DNA of 64,000 nucleotides, from sequence record PP410321; one strand, 5' to 3'. The position numbers were made by a program, and so were the translations under genes. Under the pieces are notes generated by a model. It made no database searches. It had not been told where the DNA came from and was given only the letters and a program-made list of their open reading frames with translations. This document shows positions 27,044 to 38,070 of the stretch, piece after piece; the first letter of the stretch is position 1; every line of letters begins with the position of its first letter. The DNA comes from Escherichia phage vB_EcoM_CUA3.

Positions 27044-29755
27044 TTAAAAGTCAAACATGTCAAATAATGTTGCTTTTTTCTCGTAGTCGATTTTAGCAGA
27101 CTCGGTAAAACCAGTCAGAGGTTTGATAAAGGTCTTTTGGAACAGTACGTTGTAGTCCATCCAACGGAGAACTTGGTCACGAATCTGAATCGGAAGCTCA
27201 ATACCTGACGGCCATGCCATACAAGCTTCACCGAACGGGTTGCCTTCTTTAAGCGGTAGTACATATACCTTTTCACCATCAACGATACGAGGCATAGTCA
27301 AATCACCTGCAGAAGCACGCATGTAAGCTAAGCAACCTTTGATGTGGTATGGGCATTTGGAACCAGGGAATCCGCCTTCATTATATTTCTCGATGTTGTT
27401 AGCACTGGATACTGCAGCAATGCTTACATAGTCTAATTCGTTAAATTCCTTATTAAACTGTTTGAAATACTCTTGCAAAGAGGCCTCGCCTTCTTGAAGC
27501 ATACGACGGATACATTCTTTCAGTGCTTTCTGAACCGCTTTAGGTGTACTTGATTTCTGGGTTTCGAGACCCATGATTTTCAAGTGTGGTTCGGCATAAC
27601 GGGTACCTTCCATGTCCCAAACGTTCAGTGCATAACGTTTCTTGCCTGTCCAGAATCCACCAAGACCTTTAGAACCAAGTGGAGGACCAGCGATAGCTTC
27701 TCGGTCCATGAACATCAAGTGCTGTTTATTGTTCATGTATTCACACATCTCACGGAAGCCTGCATCAATAGCTGGTTCCATACGTTCACGTGCAAATTTA
27801 TCTAAGAAGTCAACCCAGTGGTTAGTATCACGGAATTTGTCTTCGCCTACTTTATTGATGATTGCATCAGCCTTAACATAAATGGAGTCGGTATCACCAT
27901 AGAGCACGAACTTCTGGTTTTCAGTCTTGCACACGCCATTCAAATATTCGTTAACCTTACGTTCAATCCATTGGAGGGCCATTTGACCAAACAATGTGAT
28001 TGCAGTTGCGTTCCTGAGGTCATAGTAACGGAACCATACGTTACCAAGTGCACCATAAAGGGAGTTGATAAGCAACTTACGGTTAATCTGAGCAGTCATA
28101 CCTGCGACTTCAGTACGTTCGGCTTTGAACAACATTTCTTTTAAAGAAGATGCTGACAATTTTTTAATCTGAGCTTTGATTTCGTCAGAGAAGTCGAAAC
28201 GATAATCGATATCCAGTGGACTATCAACAGACAGATTAGGATTTTCTAATGCTTCTTTAATTAACTCACCATTACGTTGAGCTGCAAGCATATAACCTTT
28301 ATGTTCTTTACGCTGTAAGAACACCTTCGTGATTTCTGTAGGAATAACACCATCACGGTCTTTATAGTACATCATGCCGTTAGGAGAGCAACTGTAGGTG
28401 TCGCTAGGACGCGGAGCAGTTCCGGCAATATATTCATGTATCGGTGCGTTGGCGAATGTCCCTGCGATGGTCTCTGGGCTTATATTCACTTGTCGAATGA
28501 TACTCGGGTACAGAGATGTAAGGTCGAAACTCATTACATATTTGTATGCATTAGGAATAGGTTCCTTAACGAAAGCACCTGGATAAGGTTGAACAGCATG
28601 CGATTTGGCCTGAGGAATAACTTTACCCTGTTCTTTAAGGCTATTAAAGATAATAGCATCCCAAGTCTTAATTGGACTGAACACCGACTGAATTTGCATT
28701 TTGGCATAGTAACCCATGTCCAAACTCAGAAGAATGAACTGGCGCTTCATATCAATCTGCACAACACGATATACGTCGATAATGTTATAGGAAATATATC
28801 GTTGGTGGTCCGTCTCACGTAACTTGGAGATAGGGCCATCATATTTCAACTTACCTACTTTCAATTCATATTCAGAAACATAATCCAGAGAATAAGAAGG
28901 CTGGTTGGTAAAGCTGAATTTTTTATAAAGGTCGATATAATCCAGAACAGAGATACCGAACAATGTAATAATTTCACGAACACCGTACATATTCTCGATA
29001 ACTTTAACACGAGTCTTACGATGCGGGCTTAATCGCTTAGCAGTGTTCTCACCAAACAGATTTTTCAGACGGTTATAAACGTATGGTACGTCAAATGATT
29101 CAACGTTCCATCCAGTCAAAATCACAGGAGTTTTCTGTTGCCAGAAATTCAGATACTCAAGCATCATTTCTTCTTCAGAATTAAACGGAAGATAAACGAT
29201 TTTGTCAATGATTTCTTGTGGAACTTCGTCACCACCTTCGTCTTGGAGTTTCTCAGCGATTTTAATCGACCACTCTTCGACCGTACCATAAGGTGAAACT
29301 AAAAGGTCAAATACATAGAATTTATCATCAATCGAGTCGTAGTGAGTAATGGCATCGATAGGATGTTTAGCCTGGGCAGGTTCAGGGAATCCATCAGGAG
29401 ATGTTACCTCGATGTCGAAGTTAGCAATACGAATCTTGGAAGAATCATACTTGATTTCTTTACGATAGGTATCAGACAAATAGGCTAATTTGTAGTCGTC
29501 CATACCAAGGGCTTCGAGACCCATATCGTCCATGCGCTTCATCCACTGAGAAGCATCGCGCATTGAATCAAATTCTTTCTTAACACAGCCCTTACCGTAG
29601 ATGTCAATATATTTTACGGCTTGCTCTGGGTTAGCATGCATAAACATTGTAGGCTTGTATGGAACTTCACGACTACGTTCGTTACCATTTTTATCGATGT
29701 AACGTTCGAGAATATTATCACCGATTTGTTCGACTGTCAAATAGAATTCTTGCAT
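27044..29755 (-). CDS. 43: DNA polymerase (family B, 3'-5' exonuclease proofreading)
   Basis: 903 aa from the ATG at 29755 (MQEFYLTVEQIG); Exo I FDIEV and Pol motif YGDTDS; very similar to RB69-type gp43 as recalled; the track ORF begins at an upstream TTG. Confidence 0.95.
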   Translation of the reverse strand: MQEFYLTVEQIGDNILERYIDKNGNERSREVPYKPTMFMHANPEQAVKYIDIYGKGCVKKEFDSMRDASQWMKRMDDMGLEALGMDDYKLAYLSDTYRKEIKYDSSKIRIANFDIEVTSPDGFPEPAQAKHPIDAITHYDSIDDKFYVFDLLVSPYGTVEEWSIKIAEKLQDEGGDEVPQEIIDKIVYLPFNSEEEMMLEYLNFWQQKTPVILTGWNVESFDVPYVYNRLKNLFGENTAKRLSPHRKTRVKVIENMYGVREIITLFGISVLDYIDLYKKFSFTNQPSYSLDYVSEYELKVGKLKYDGPISKLRETDHQRYISYNIIDVYRVVQIDMKRQFILLSLDMGYYAKMQIQSVFSPIKTWDAIIFNSLKEQGKVIPQAKSHAVQPYPGAFVKEPIPNAYKYVMSFDLTSLYPSIIRQVNISPETIAGTFANAPIHEYIAGTAPRPSDTYSCSPNGMMYYKDRDGVIPTEITKVFLQRKEHKGYMLAAQRNGELIKEALENPNLSVDSPLDIDYRFDFSDEIKAQIKKLSASSLKEMLFKAERTEVAGMTAQINRKLLINSLYGALGNVWFRYYDLRNATAITLFGQMALQWIERKVNEYLNGVCKTENQKFVLYGDTDSIYVKADAIINKVGEDKFRDTNHWVDFLDKFARERMEPAIDAGFREMCEYMNNKQHLMFMDREAIAGPPLGSKGLGGFWTGKKRYALNVWDMEGTRYAEPHLKIMGLETQKSSTPKAVQKALKECIRRMLQEGEASLQEYFKQFNKEFNELDYVSIAAVSSANNIEKYNEGGFPGSKCPYHIKGCLAYMRASAGDLTMPRIVDGEKVYVLPLKEGNPFGEACMAWPSGIELPIQIRDQVLRWMDYNVLFQKTFIKPLTGFTESAKIDYEKKATLFDMFDF

Positions 29756-29810
29756 TTCATTTCCTTTATAGACGAGTGATTGTCTTTTGTTTGTTGGTGA
29801 ATCATTATAC

Positions 29811-29834
29811 TCCAAAAAGGGACCGAAGTCCCTT
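29811..29834 (-). terminator. rho-independent terminator upstream of gene 43
   Basis: stem AAGGGAC/GTCCCTT with UUCG loop on minus-sense RNA, then TTTTTGG. Confidence 0.5.
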
Positions 29835-30054
29835 TGCTTAAATTTCCATNNNNNNNNNNNNNNNNNNNNNNNNNNNNNNNNNNNNNNNNNNNNNNNNNNN
29901 NNNNNNNNNNNNNNNNNNNNNNNNNNNNNNNNNNNNNNNNNNNNNNNNNNNNNNNNNNNNNNNNNNNNNNNNNNNNNNNNNNNNNNNNNNNNNNNNNNNN
30001 NNNNNNNNNNNNNNNNNNNNNNNNNNNNNNNNNNNNNNNNNNNNNNNNNTCATA

Positions 30055-30417
30055 TTAATTACCAATGGTATACTTAGACAATAGTTCCCAGTCATTTTTC
30101 TGTTTAAAGGAAATGACACGGAAGTTATTGGTGATTTCGAACAATTCGGAATCGTCTACAATATCAATAAGTCCCCAATCCTTAAGAAGCTGGGCTATGG
30201 AATCACGGCGTTGGTAGTCTTCACCATCGATATCTACCTGGCGACCGTCCATACGCAACATCTCTTTAAAGTGGACAATATAATACCGTCCTTGCTTTTG
30301 CAAAATGTGACAGGATTGATATAATTTCTTTTCTTTATTATTAGCGATACCCATACGAGTCAGGGTCTCTTTCACTTTTAGGAAGTCTTCAGGTTGCTTC
30401 AGAGTAATTTCAATCAT
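30055..30417 (-). CDS. regA: RegA translational repressor
   Basis: 120-aa ORF; MIEITLKQPEDFLKVKETLTRMGIANN... collinear with T4 RegA. Confidence 0.9.
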   Translation of the reverse strand: MIEITLKQPEDFLKVKETLTRMGIANNKEKKLYQSCHILQKQGRYYIVHFKEMLRMDGRQVDIDGEDYQRRDSIAQLLKDWGLIDIVDDSELFEITNNFRVISFKQKNDWELLSKYTIGN

Positions 30418-30423
30418 TTTAAT

Positions 30424-30996
30424 TTACCATTCCAATGCTTTCTTTTTCAATTCTTTTTGTTCTTTCACATTTTTGGTTACGGATTTCAAGAACTCGTCCG
30501 TAACCAACCCTTTCATCTTCTTAAGCATTGCCGGAAGATGGCCTTTAATTTTATAAGTCTCGAGATAACGATAAGCGTCATCATTATTAATTGAATGGTA
30601 TTTCATCAATAAACGAGTAATAAAAACTACACTAACTTCATCATCATGGGCCTTAGCCCATTTACCAAATCTCTTACCCTTAGGAACAGCATGTAAAAGA
30701 TAATTGAAGTGGCTTTGGTCGTCAAGTTTAAGACAGTTAACCATTGCCGCTTGCATAATGCAATCTACATGTTGGCTCAAACTATTATCTAGCCAGAATT
30801 GATTATAGTTTTCCGATTGCGCTAAGTTACGTTGTTTCTTACCATACGTGATGTCGTTCATAATGGCGAACAATTCATTTTCAGCCTTTTCTTTAAATGA
30901 ATCGGCTAAGGCTTGAATAGCAGCGTCGTTACGTTGTTTCCAAGCAACTTCATGTTCATTCAGTTCAACGTCATCATCAAAAAGACTTATAGCCAT
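30424..30996 (-). CDS. 62: clamp loader small subunit
   Basis: 190-aa ORF; similarity to T4 gp62 (FNYLLHAVPKGKRFGKWAK). Confidence 0.85.
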   Translation of the reverse strand: MAISLFDDDVELNEHEVAWKQRNDAAIQALADSFKEKAENELFAIMNDITYGKKQRNLAQSENYNQFWLDNSLSQHVDCIMQAAMVNCLKLDDQSHFNYLLHAVPKGKRFGKWAKAHDDEVSVVFITRLLMKYHSINNDDAYRYLETYKIKGHLPAMLKKMKGLVTDEFLKSVTKNVKEQKELKKKALEW

Positions 30997-31946
30997 TGGA
31001 GCTCCAGAGCAAGTTGGATAAACAGATAAGTCAAGTGAATTTCTGGGTTAGCAGCAATACCATGGTATTGGTTATTTTCACCGACGATTTCATACATTCT
31101 AACAATGCTTGGCCCAGGCAATTTACCGTAGAGTTCGTTAGCCAATGTCATAATAAAGTTGGCATAATCATTGACATGACGTGGAGCTAATGCACGGAGT
31201 TCTTTAAAGTTTTTATCTTTCAGTGCAGCCACTACTTCATCAATAGGCGAATTGGTATTCATTACAATACTCAAAATGCCTGTATCGATTTTACCACTTG
31301 AGGAATAACGGTCTAGTTGGTTAACTGTTTTACGGAAGTCAGGGAAGTTTTGTTTAACTAATGCAGCAATAACTTTAAGGTCTTCGACTTCGATATTTTC
31401 GTTTTTACAAATTGCTACTGCACGATGAATCATTTCTTTCATCATGGCTGTTTGGTCAGCTGGAGTGGCTTCACCAAATTTAATTACACGACAACGAGAT
31501 TGAAGTGGACCGATGATACCATCAATATTGTTTGCTGTAATAATTACAGAACAGTTTGAGGAATAGGCCTCTAAGAATGAACGAAGGTGGCGTTGAGCTT
31601 CGGCAACACCAGCACGGTCGAATTCGTCAATAACAATTACCTTACGTTTACCTTCGATAGATTTAGAAGATGCAAAACGAGTAAGTTCGTTACGAACGAA
31701 ATCAATACGACAGTCGGAACCGTTAACAAACAACATGTCTGAATTTGTATCAGCACACAATGCTTTAGCCACGGTAGTTTTACCTGTGCCTGGTGAAGCA
31801 GAGACTAGGATAATGTTAGGGATTAGGCCCTTATTAACAATGGCTTGGAGAGTTTCTTTATCATGGGCAGGCAGAATACATTCAGATAAAGTACCTGGAC
31901 GATATTTCTGTTCCCACATGAATTCATTATTATTTACTGTAAGCAT
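30987..31946 (-). CDS. 44: clamp loader ATPase subunit (AAA+)
   Basis: 319-aa ORF; Walker A GTGKTT, Walker B VIVIDEFD. Confidence 0.9.
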   Translation of the reverse strand: MLTVNNNEFMWEQKYRPGTLSECILPAHDKETLQAIVNKGLIPNIILVSASPGTGKTTVAKALCADTNSDMLFVNGSDCRIDFVRNELTRFASSKSIEGKRKVIVIDEFDRAGVAEAQRHLRSFLEAYSSNCSVIITANNIDGIIGPLQSRCRVIKFGEATPADQTAMMKEMIHRAVAICKNENIEVEDLKVIAALVKQNFPDFRKTVNQLDRYSSSGKIDTGILSIVMNTNSPIDEVVAALKDKNFKELRALAPRHVNDYANFIMTLANELYGKLPGPSIVRMYEIVGENNQYHGIAANPEIHLTYLFIQLALELQWL

Positions 31947-32007
31947 ATTAATTTCCTCAGGTTTGTTTTTACATTATACTCCAAGGGAGGAATTTCCTCC
32001 CTATGCT

Positions 32008-32706
32008 TTAGAACGAGTGGCTTGAGCCTGCTTCCATAGCTAATACATAAGAAGCTTGTGTACCTTCAAACTTAGCTGCAAATCGAGCATCTTGACCTTC
32101 ACCGCGTGCCCATAACAACACATGATAATCGGCTGGCATCATTTTCATATTGGTTTTGTTAATGATGAACTTAAAGTCAGGACCATCATGGTCGGCTACT
32201 ACCAAAGAATACAGTGGACGAGTTAATTCTTTATCGTCGACTTGTTTATAACCGTTGATAACAATTTTACCATCGTCTACAGTGATTGCAAATGTATCAA
32301 TACTCAGACCAGAGGACACACGCATCAACTGTTGATAATCTTCGGCTTTCAGGTCGAAAATAACTTCAGCCACAGGGAACGGAATAGCTTTACTTGGGAA
32401 TGCGATTGTGCTTGGGTCAGCAATAGGCCACTTAATTGTTGAACGTTGGTCTTTAATAATTAATGTGGTTTGGTCTTCACTTACCGAAACTTCAGCACTT
32501 TCTGATACCAAAGACAGAATACTTAAGAAGCCATTCAAATCATAGATTGCCGCTTCGATATCGAATGTATCACTTACAGTAGCTTCACCATAACTTGCAC
32601 CGGTAACAGATCGGGTCAGAATGGTGTTACCTGGTTTAAGCATAATGCCTGGGTTAATACCGGAGAAGTTTTTAAGAATGTTCAGGGTTTCTTTAGAGAA
32701 TTTCAT
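32008..32706 (-). CDS. 45: sliding clamp (processivity factor)
   Basis: 232-aa ORF collinear with T4 gp45 (MKFSKETLNILKNF...FEGTQASYVLAMEAGSSHSF). Confidence 0.9.
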   Translation of the reverse strand: MKFSKETLNILKNFSGINPGIMLKPGNTILTRSVTGASYGEATVSDTFDIEAAIYDLNGFLSILSLVSESAEVSVSEDQTTLIIKDQRSTIKWPIADPSTIAFPSKAIPFPVAEVIFDLKAEDYQQLMRVSSGLSIDTFAITVDDGKIVINGYKQVDDKELTRPLYSLVVADHDGPDFKFIINKTNMKMMPADYHVLLWARGEGQDARFAAKFEGTQASYVLAMEAGSSHSF

Positions 32707-32731
32707 AATGTTTCCTTATCAAGTCAAATTA

Positions 32732-33193
32732 TTAAGCAATAACGATCATTTGTTTACGAATGGATTCAGGCAGAGATTCAATATACTCTGGAATCTGGGA
32801 AGCAACAATAGCACCGGCTTCAAGCAACTGCTCATCAGGGTCGACGCAATAATCATCTTCTAAACGTTCAGAACCGTCGCGGTCGATAACAAGTTTAGCA
32901 CCTGCAGCCAGTGAATCATTATAATGGCGACGCATGATTTCTACCCACTTATCAGATACGTCGTTATCAATAATACCGTAGAGCATGAACTTAGTTTCTT
33001 GTGGAAGAGACTGCAATCGACGTGCGGAGTTGGTATCAATATTCAGTACCCATGATTTACGGATACGGTTCTGATTATGTGGGTTGGAATCAGTACGGAT
33101 GGTTTTAACTTGGATATCTTTAACGGTAACGCCATTAGAAGTAGCAAACATAATATTTTCTCTCATTTGGTTGGTAAATGTATTATAAATCAA
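32732..33193 (-). CDS. hypothetical protein in rpbA position
   Basis: 153-aa ORF downstream of gene 45, where T4 has rpbA. Confidence 0.4.
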   Translation of the reverse strand: MIYNTFTNQMRENIMFATSNGVTVKDIQVKTIRTDSNPHNQNRIRKSWVLNIDTNSARRLQSLPQETKFMLYGIIDNDVSDKWVEIMRRHYNDSLAAGAKLVIDRDGSERLEDDYCVDPDEQLLEAGAIVASQIPEYIESLPESIRKQMIVIA

Positions 33194-33207
33194 TATTTTA
33201 AAGCAAT

Positions 33208-33399
33208 TTAATCAAAGTACTCGTAGACAAACCATGCTGGATTTCTATTTGACATGATTTTATCATATTCTGACTTAAAAGCATTTTGGAGATATTCTTC
33301 AGTAACAAGATGTTCATCCCCAGAGAAGTTGTTAACTAAAACATATCTCTTTATTTCCGGAACGGCCAACAAATGCTGGCCCGTTATAAAATTACTCAT
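33208..33399 (-). CDS. hypothetical small protein
   Basis: 63-aa ORF coupled to gene 46. Confidence 0.35.
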   Translation of the reverse strand: MSNFITGQHLLAVPEIKRYVLVNNFSGDEHLVTEEYLQNAFKSEYDKIMSNRNPAWFVYEYFD

Positions 33400-35081
33400 T
33401 CCATCACCGTGAATCGTCCAACTTTCTTCATTTGAAGATGTTGGCCGTAAGCTTGTGGGTCATGGTCTCGGTGAGAGATAATGAACACGTTCGTATCCTC
33501 AAGGCTATTCAAGATGGTTGCAATGCTCTTAACGCCTTCAGCGTCAGTTGCACTGTCAAATACCTCATCAAGAATCAGTGTGGATATATTAACACCCGAT
33601 ACCTTAGAAGCAATATCACGCCATGTAAAAAGAAGTGCGATATCAATACGTGCTTTCTCACCCTGTGAAAATGAAGCATAACTAAAGTCTTCACGTCCAC
33701 GTGATTTAATCGTCTCATTGAATTCTTCGTCTAGGGTAAAGACGTAGTCCGCTTCCATAATCTTCAAATAAGAATTAATCTGCTTATTAAAGATAGGAAT
33801 GTATTTCTTAATAATGGAACCTTTAATACCAGTATCCTTTAACATTTCTGTCAGAATTCCACGATGATATTTTTCCATTACCAAGGACGATTTGGTAGAG
33901 ACGATTTTATCAAGCTCTGCTTGAAGCGCAGCAATCTCTTCAGCATTACTTACGAACTCAGCTGCTGCCTGGTCAATTAATACCTTAACCTTTTTGGCTT
34001 TCTCGACAGCAGTAATAGCTTGCTGCTTATGAGTAGCTATCTGAGATTTAATAGCCAATGCTTTATTGCGTTGTTCGGTTACTTGGTCTTTAATGAGCTT
34101 GAGTTCTTGGTATTGCTCATTAATCTTATCCAAAGATTTTTGAAGCTCAAAGTTTTTATCCTTAATTTTAGTAAGGATGTTTCCATGCTCTTCTAACCCT
34201 TGCATACACGTAGGGCAGTGGCCACCTGTTTCGTATAACTTAACTACCTTTGTAAAGGTTGCCATATCATTTTTGATTGCAAATCCTTTATTACTCAGGT
34301 CACTCATGGAGTTGCTAGGGTCATCATCTACAATAACATTGAGTAATTCATCAGTCAGGGATTCTATGCTCGCCTTCGCAGTCCTGGCTTCTTTAACGAG
34401 CTCATCGTACATTAATTGCAGACGGGCAGCGTTCTCGCCGGATAATTTACGTTGACGTTCTTCGTTGTCATTATAAATTTTAATTTGTTGGGTAATAGAA
34501 TCCTGTTTAACGTCTATCACCTGGATTTGGCTATTAGTCTCACGAATCAAAGATTTGTTCAACTTATCCATATCCGCTAATACGGAAACCTCTAAAAGGT
34601 CTTCCACCAGCTTTCNNNNNNNNNNNNNNNNNNNNCCCATGAAAGGGGTGTACCCTGCCGTGCCAAGAACGACAATCTGTTTGAAGCTGGCGTAGGACAT
34701 TCCGATAAGCTGTTCAAATTCCGCTTGGAAGTCTTTACTGCTGGCAGATTCATCAAGACGTTCACCGCCACAGGAGATTTCGAAAACATTAGGTTTTTGC
34801 CCACGTTTGATATAGTATTCTTTGCCATCATATTCCATCCACAGTTCGACCAAAAGGTCTTTCTTATTACTTGAGTTAATTAATTGCCCTTTCTTAACAT
34901 CGCGAAAAGGCTTACCAAATAGAGCAAATGTAACGGCTTCAAGGAATGTTGATTTACCTGCACCATTCTTACCTGTGACTAAGGTCTTTTGGACCTTATC
35001 AAGTTGGATTGTGATGGGCTGTTGGCCTACCGACATAATATTTTTATACGTTACTTTCTTTAACTTAAAAGTCTTCATCAT
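33396..35081 (-). CDS. 46: recombination endonuclease subunit (Rad50/SbcC-like ATPase)
   Basis: Walker A GKNGAGKST, coiled-coil middle, C-terminal signature/D-loop; collinear with T4 gp46; start trimmed to MMKTFKL. Confidence 0.9.
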   Translation of the reverse strand: MMKTFKLKKVTYKNIMSVGQQPITIQLDKVQKTLVTGKNGAGKSTFLEAVTFALFGKPFRDVKKGQLINSSNKKDLLVELWMEYDGKEYYIKRGQKPNVFEISCGGERLDESASSKDFQAEFEQLIGMSYASFKQIVVLGTAGYTPFMXXXXXXXXKLVEDLLEVSVLADMDKLNKSLIRETNSQIQVIDVKQDSITQQIKIYNDNEERQRKLSGENAARLQLMYDELVKEARTAKASIESLTDELLNVIVDDDPSNSMSDLSNKGFAIKNDMATFTKVVKLYETGGHCPTCMQGLEEHGNILTKIKDKNFELQKSLDKINEQYQELKLIKDQVTEQRNKALAIKSQIATHKQQAITAVEKAKKVKVLIDQAAAEFVSNAEEIAALQAELDKIVSTKSSLVMEKYHRGILTEMLKDTGIKGSIIKKYIPIFNKQINSYLKIMEADYVFTLDEEFNETIKSRGREDFSYASFSQGEKARIDIALLFTWRDIASKVSGVNISTLILDEVFDSATDAEGVKSIATILNSLEDTNVFIISHRDHDPQAYGQHLQMKKVGRFTVME

Positions 35082-35328
35082 TATAAGCATCCTTGATGCA
35101 TGATTCAGCCATATGAATTAATGTTTCTGGAGTATCATCTACCATTACATTAAAGCTAAATTCCACAGCCCAATCAGTAGCAACATAGACTTTAATAAGC
35201 TCGTTGGTGTCACGAGTGCTCACAGCTTCAAACCAGAACTTAATTGTATTAGGTTGGCCGTCGTCATCAATAACTATACAGTCGTGTTCCAGTTCAAGTC
35301 CTGATTTTTTGAATTCATCTAAAGTCAT
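35065..35328 (-). CDS. hypothetical protein
   Basis: 87-aa ORF between 47 and 46. Confidence 0.4.
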   Translation of the reverse strand: MTLDEFKKSGLELEHDCIVIDDDGQPNTIKFWFEAVSTRDTNELIKVYVATDWAVEFSFNVMVDDTPETLIHMAESCIKDAYNDEDF

Positions 35329-36347
35329 CGTGTAACCTCATTATAAAGTTGCGCAGCCATAGTCTTAAGGGCTTTAACATCGTCTTCAGTGTGGCCATCA
35401 GGAAGGGCATCGATATAATCATACATCATATCCAAGAGGGATTTAACTTCATCTTCCTCTTCAGAATCATCGATATCAACACTATTATCTACCTTAGACA
35501 CAATACGTAAAGAGTGAACAACCTTTTCAAGCTCTGATTCGAACTTAGTAAGACCGTCATCAATTTTATCGACTATAACACGAACTGCGATATTTGTAAA
35601 ATCTTTGTAATCGATAGTCGCGTTAGGATAATGAATCTTACGATGCCAACAGGTTTCATTAATGATGAAATCCATTTTATGAGTTTCGGTATCGAAAATC
35701 CAGAAACCACGAGGGTCGTTCTCATCACCTGCAGTAAGGGTCCATGGAGTACCAATGTACTTAACGTTTGCTGCATCAGAAATAGTGTGGAAGTGGCCTG
35801 ACCAAACTTGCTTATACTTTTTAAGGAAATCAGGTTCTAAACCATGGGATTTCATTCCTTTATAGAAATAGAAACCATTTAATTCCCAGTGGCCGATACA
35901 GAAATCTGCTGTAGTATTTTTGATATGGTCCATGATATCGGTCGTGTTTTCTTCACACATCCATGGAATCAAATCAATTTCGGTGCCATCAAAGTTAACC
36001 GTAGTAGGTTTTTCAATAACCTTGATATGGTCATATTTACCCAGAACTTCAGAAGCAGCGTTAGGAGTCAAGGTATTTTTGTAGTGCATATCATGATTAC
36101 CAACAACGGTATACATGGTAATGCCATTAGCTTTAAGCAAATCAGAGATTTCGCGAGCGAATTCCATACACTTATGGGTAATTGCTTTACGAACATCAAA
36201 AATATCACCGTATTGAATCCATACAGTAATACCGTTTGCTTTAGAATAATTAATAGCGTCTTGGATACCTTGACGTTGGATATTCTGTACCCATACATCA
36301 TCGGCCTTAACTCCAAGGTGCCAGTCACCTGTGTTTAATATTTTCAT
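35325..36347 (-). CDS. 47: recombination endonuclease subunit (Mre11/SbcD-like phosphoesterase)
   Basis: 340-aa ORF; metallophosphatase motifs DWHLG, GNHD, GHWE. Confidence 0.9.
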   Translation of the reverse strand: MKILNTGDWHLGVKADDVWVQNIQRQGIQDAINYSKANGITVWIQYGDIFDVRKAITHKCMEFAREISDLLKANGITMYTVVGNHDMHYKNTLTPNAASEVLGKYDHIKVIEKPTTVNFDGTEIDLIPWMCEENTTDIMDHIKNTTADFCIGHWELNGFYFYKGMKSHGLEPDFLKKYKQVWSGHFHTISDAANVKYIGTPWTLTAGDENDPRGFWIFDTETHKMDFIINETCWHRKIHYPNATIDYKDFTNIAVRVIVDKIDDGLTKFESELEKVVHSLRIVSKVDNSVDIDDSEEEDEVKSLLDMMYDYIDALPDGHTEDDVKALKTMAAQLYNEVTR

Positions 36348-36525
36348 AANNNNNNNNNNNNNNNNNNNNNNNNNNNNNNNNNNNNNNNNNNNNNNNNNNN
36401 NNNNNNNNNNNNNNNNNNNNNNNNNNNNNNNNNNNNNNNNNNNNNNNNNNNNNNNNNNNNNNNNNNNNNNNNNNNNNNNNNNNNNNNNNNNNNNNNNNNN
36501 NNNNNNNNNNNNNNNNNNNNNNNNN

Positions 36526-36552
36526 AAAGCNAAAAAGGAGCCTAAGCTCCTT
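36526..36552 (-). terminator. rho-independent terminator
   Basis: stem AGGAGC/GCTCCT with CUAA-type loop, then T-tract on the minus-sense RNA. Confidence 0.45.
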
Positions 36553-36750
36553 TACCAATTAATATGCCATACAGAGGTTCGCGATTAGACGTGAACTTGA
36601 TTTTCTTATAAGTAATGGTACCTTCATTTTCCGCTTTAATACGAGCAGCTTCAAATTTAAGTATCATCTCATTTTTGTCAGATTTAATCTTATCAAAATC
36701 CATCGAATTCGTCATTCATAAAACCTCTTAAACTTTTTCGTATTCATCAT

Positions 36751-37005
36751 TCATAAGCTTAAAAATCCGGGTGTTCGTCTTNCGTTANNCANNNNNNNNN
36801 NNNANCATCGTTTCCACCATTTCTTAAGTTGATGAGAATCCACCCAAACCTTGGCTACAGGCTCAATCCGAAAAATTTCATCGGAATATTGCCCAACCAT
36901 TTTATATTCGGTTTCGGTCTGCTTAATACAGATATTACCGTATGAGCGAAGTCTAAAGGCGGCTCCAATAAGAAGCCGTTTAAAGGGTTTATTTACCAGA
37001 GCCAT
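36751..37005 (-). CDS. hypothetical protein (N-terminus masked)
   Basis: 84-aa track ORF with Ns near the start. Confidence 0.3.
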   Translation of the reverse strand: MALVNKPFKRLLIGAAFRLRSYGNICIKQTETEYKMVGQYSDEIFRIEPVAKVWVDSHQLKKWWKRXXXXXXXNXRRTPGFLSL

Positions 37006-37300
37006 TGACGATTTCCCAAATTTGTTTGCGGGTGGATTCCCACATCAATTGAACAAGTTCATCAGTAACAGGTTGACGGTAAATACCACGTAATTTAATT
37101 AAAGCGTACTTATATGCTTCAAAGTTGTTTTCAAGTACAGCGCCTTGGGCATGNNNNNNNNNNNNNNNNATTTCACGAGCATTCTTCTTAAGAATCTTAG
37201 CCGCTTGCGAATTAGCTTCTTTAATATTATGCTCTTCTAAACGTTGCTGGGCTTCTTCAATTTGCTCATCAGTCAATTGAGAAATGTCATGGCTTTGCAT
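36989..37300 (-). CDS. hypothetical protein
   Basis: 103-aa ORF; ATG with AAGGA SD. Confidence 0.4.
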   Translation of the reverse strand: MQSHDISQLTDEQIEEAQQRLEEHNIKEANSQAAKILKKNAREXXXXXXHAQGAVLENNFEAYKYALIKLRGIYRQPVTDELVQLMWESTRKQIWEIVNGSGK

Positions 37301-37499
37301 ATTAATCCTTNNNNNNNNNNNNNNNNNNNNNNNNNNNNNNNNNNNNNNNNNNNNNNNNNNNNNNNNNNNNNNNNNNNNNNNNNNNNNNNNNNNNNNNNNN
37401 NNNNNNNNNNNNNNNNNNNNNNNNNNNNNNNNNNNNNNNNNNNNNNNNNNNNNNNNNNNNNNNNNNNNNNNNNNNNNNNNNNNNNNNNNNNNNNNNNNN

Positions 37500-38070
37500 N
37501 NNNNNNNNNNNNNNNNNNNTGAGTTCCATATAAAAAATCCAGTTCACCGACTTTAGGTTCGGCACTCTTATCAGACCCTGGTGCTTTAGTTAAAGAGGTT
37601 TCATACTGTGTCATTTTGTCGTAGATATCTTGGATAAAGGTTTCATCTGCAATACCTACCATGTCGTCATCATTACTGTCGTAGACATTATGGACGAAGT
37701 AGCTATATTTCTTTGCCATTTCTTTACGTTCTTTCTTGATACGCTGAACAAAGGCATTAAAACAAGCCATAGTGATATATGCATGTGGGTTGTCGTATTT
37801 TGTTTCGTCGAAGTTGTGAAGGCCTTTAATAGAAGCTTCGATTCCATCAGCAATCATTTCTTGCTTCCAGGATTGGGTATACCCGGAGAAGTTGAAACGC
37901 TTAGAAAGGCCTTCAGCAATGAGCATAATAGCCAAGCCGATAACATCGTTCTGACGAACTATTTTATTAGGGTCGGTATTTTCTCTGAGTTCCGTTTTCC
38001 ACTGGGTAATGGCTTTCAGAAGCTCCTTATTATTTACATAGTTATTTTTAGTCAGTTTAATTTCGGTCAT
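37500..38070 (-). CDS. 55: late-transcription sigma factor
   Basis: N-terminal 183 aa collinear with T4 gp55 ([17 protein letters not shown]); C-terminus falls in an N run, so the end is approximate; the track ORF runs on artificially to 37273. Confidence 0.8.
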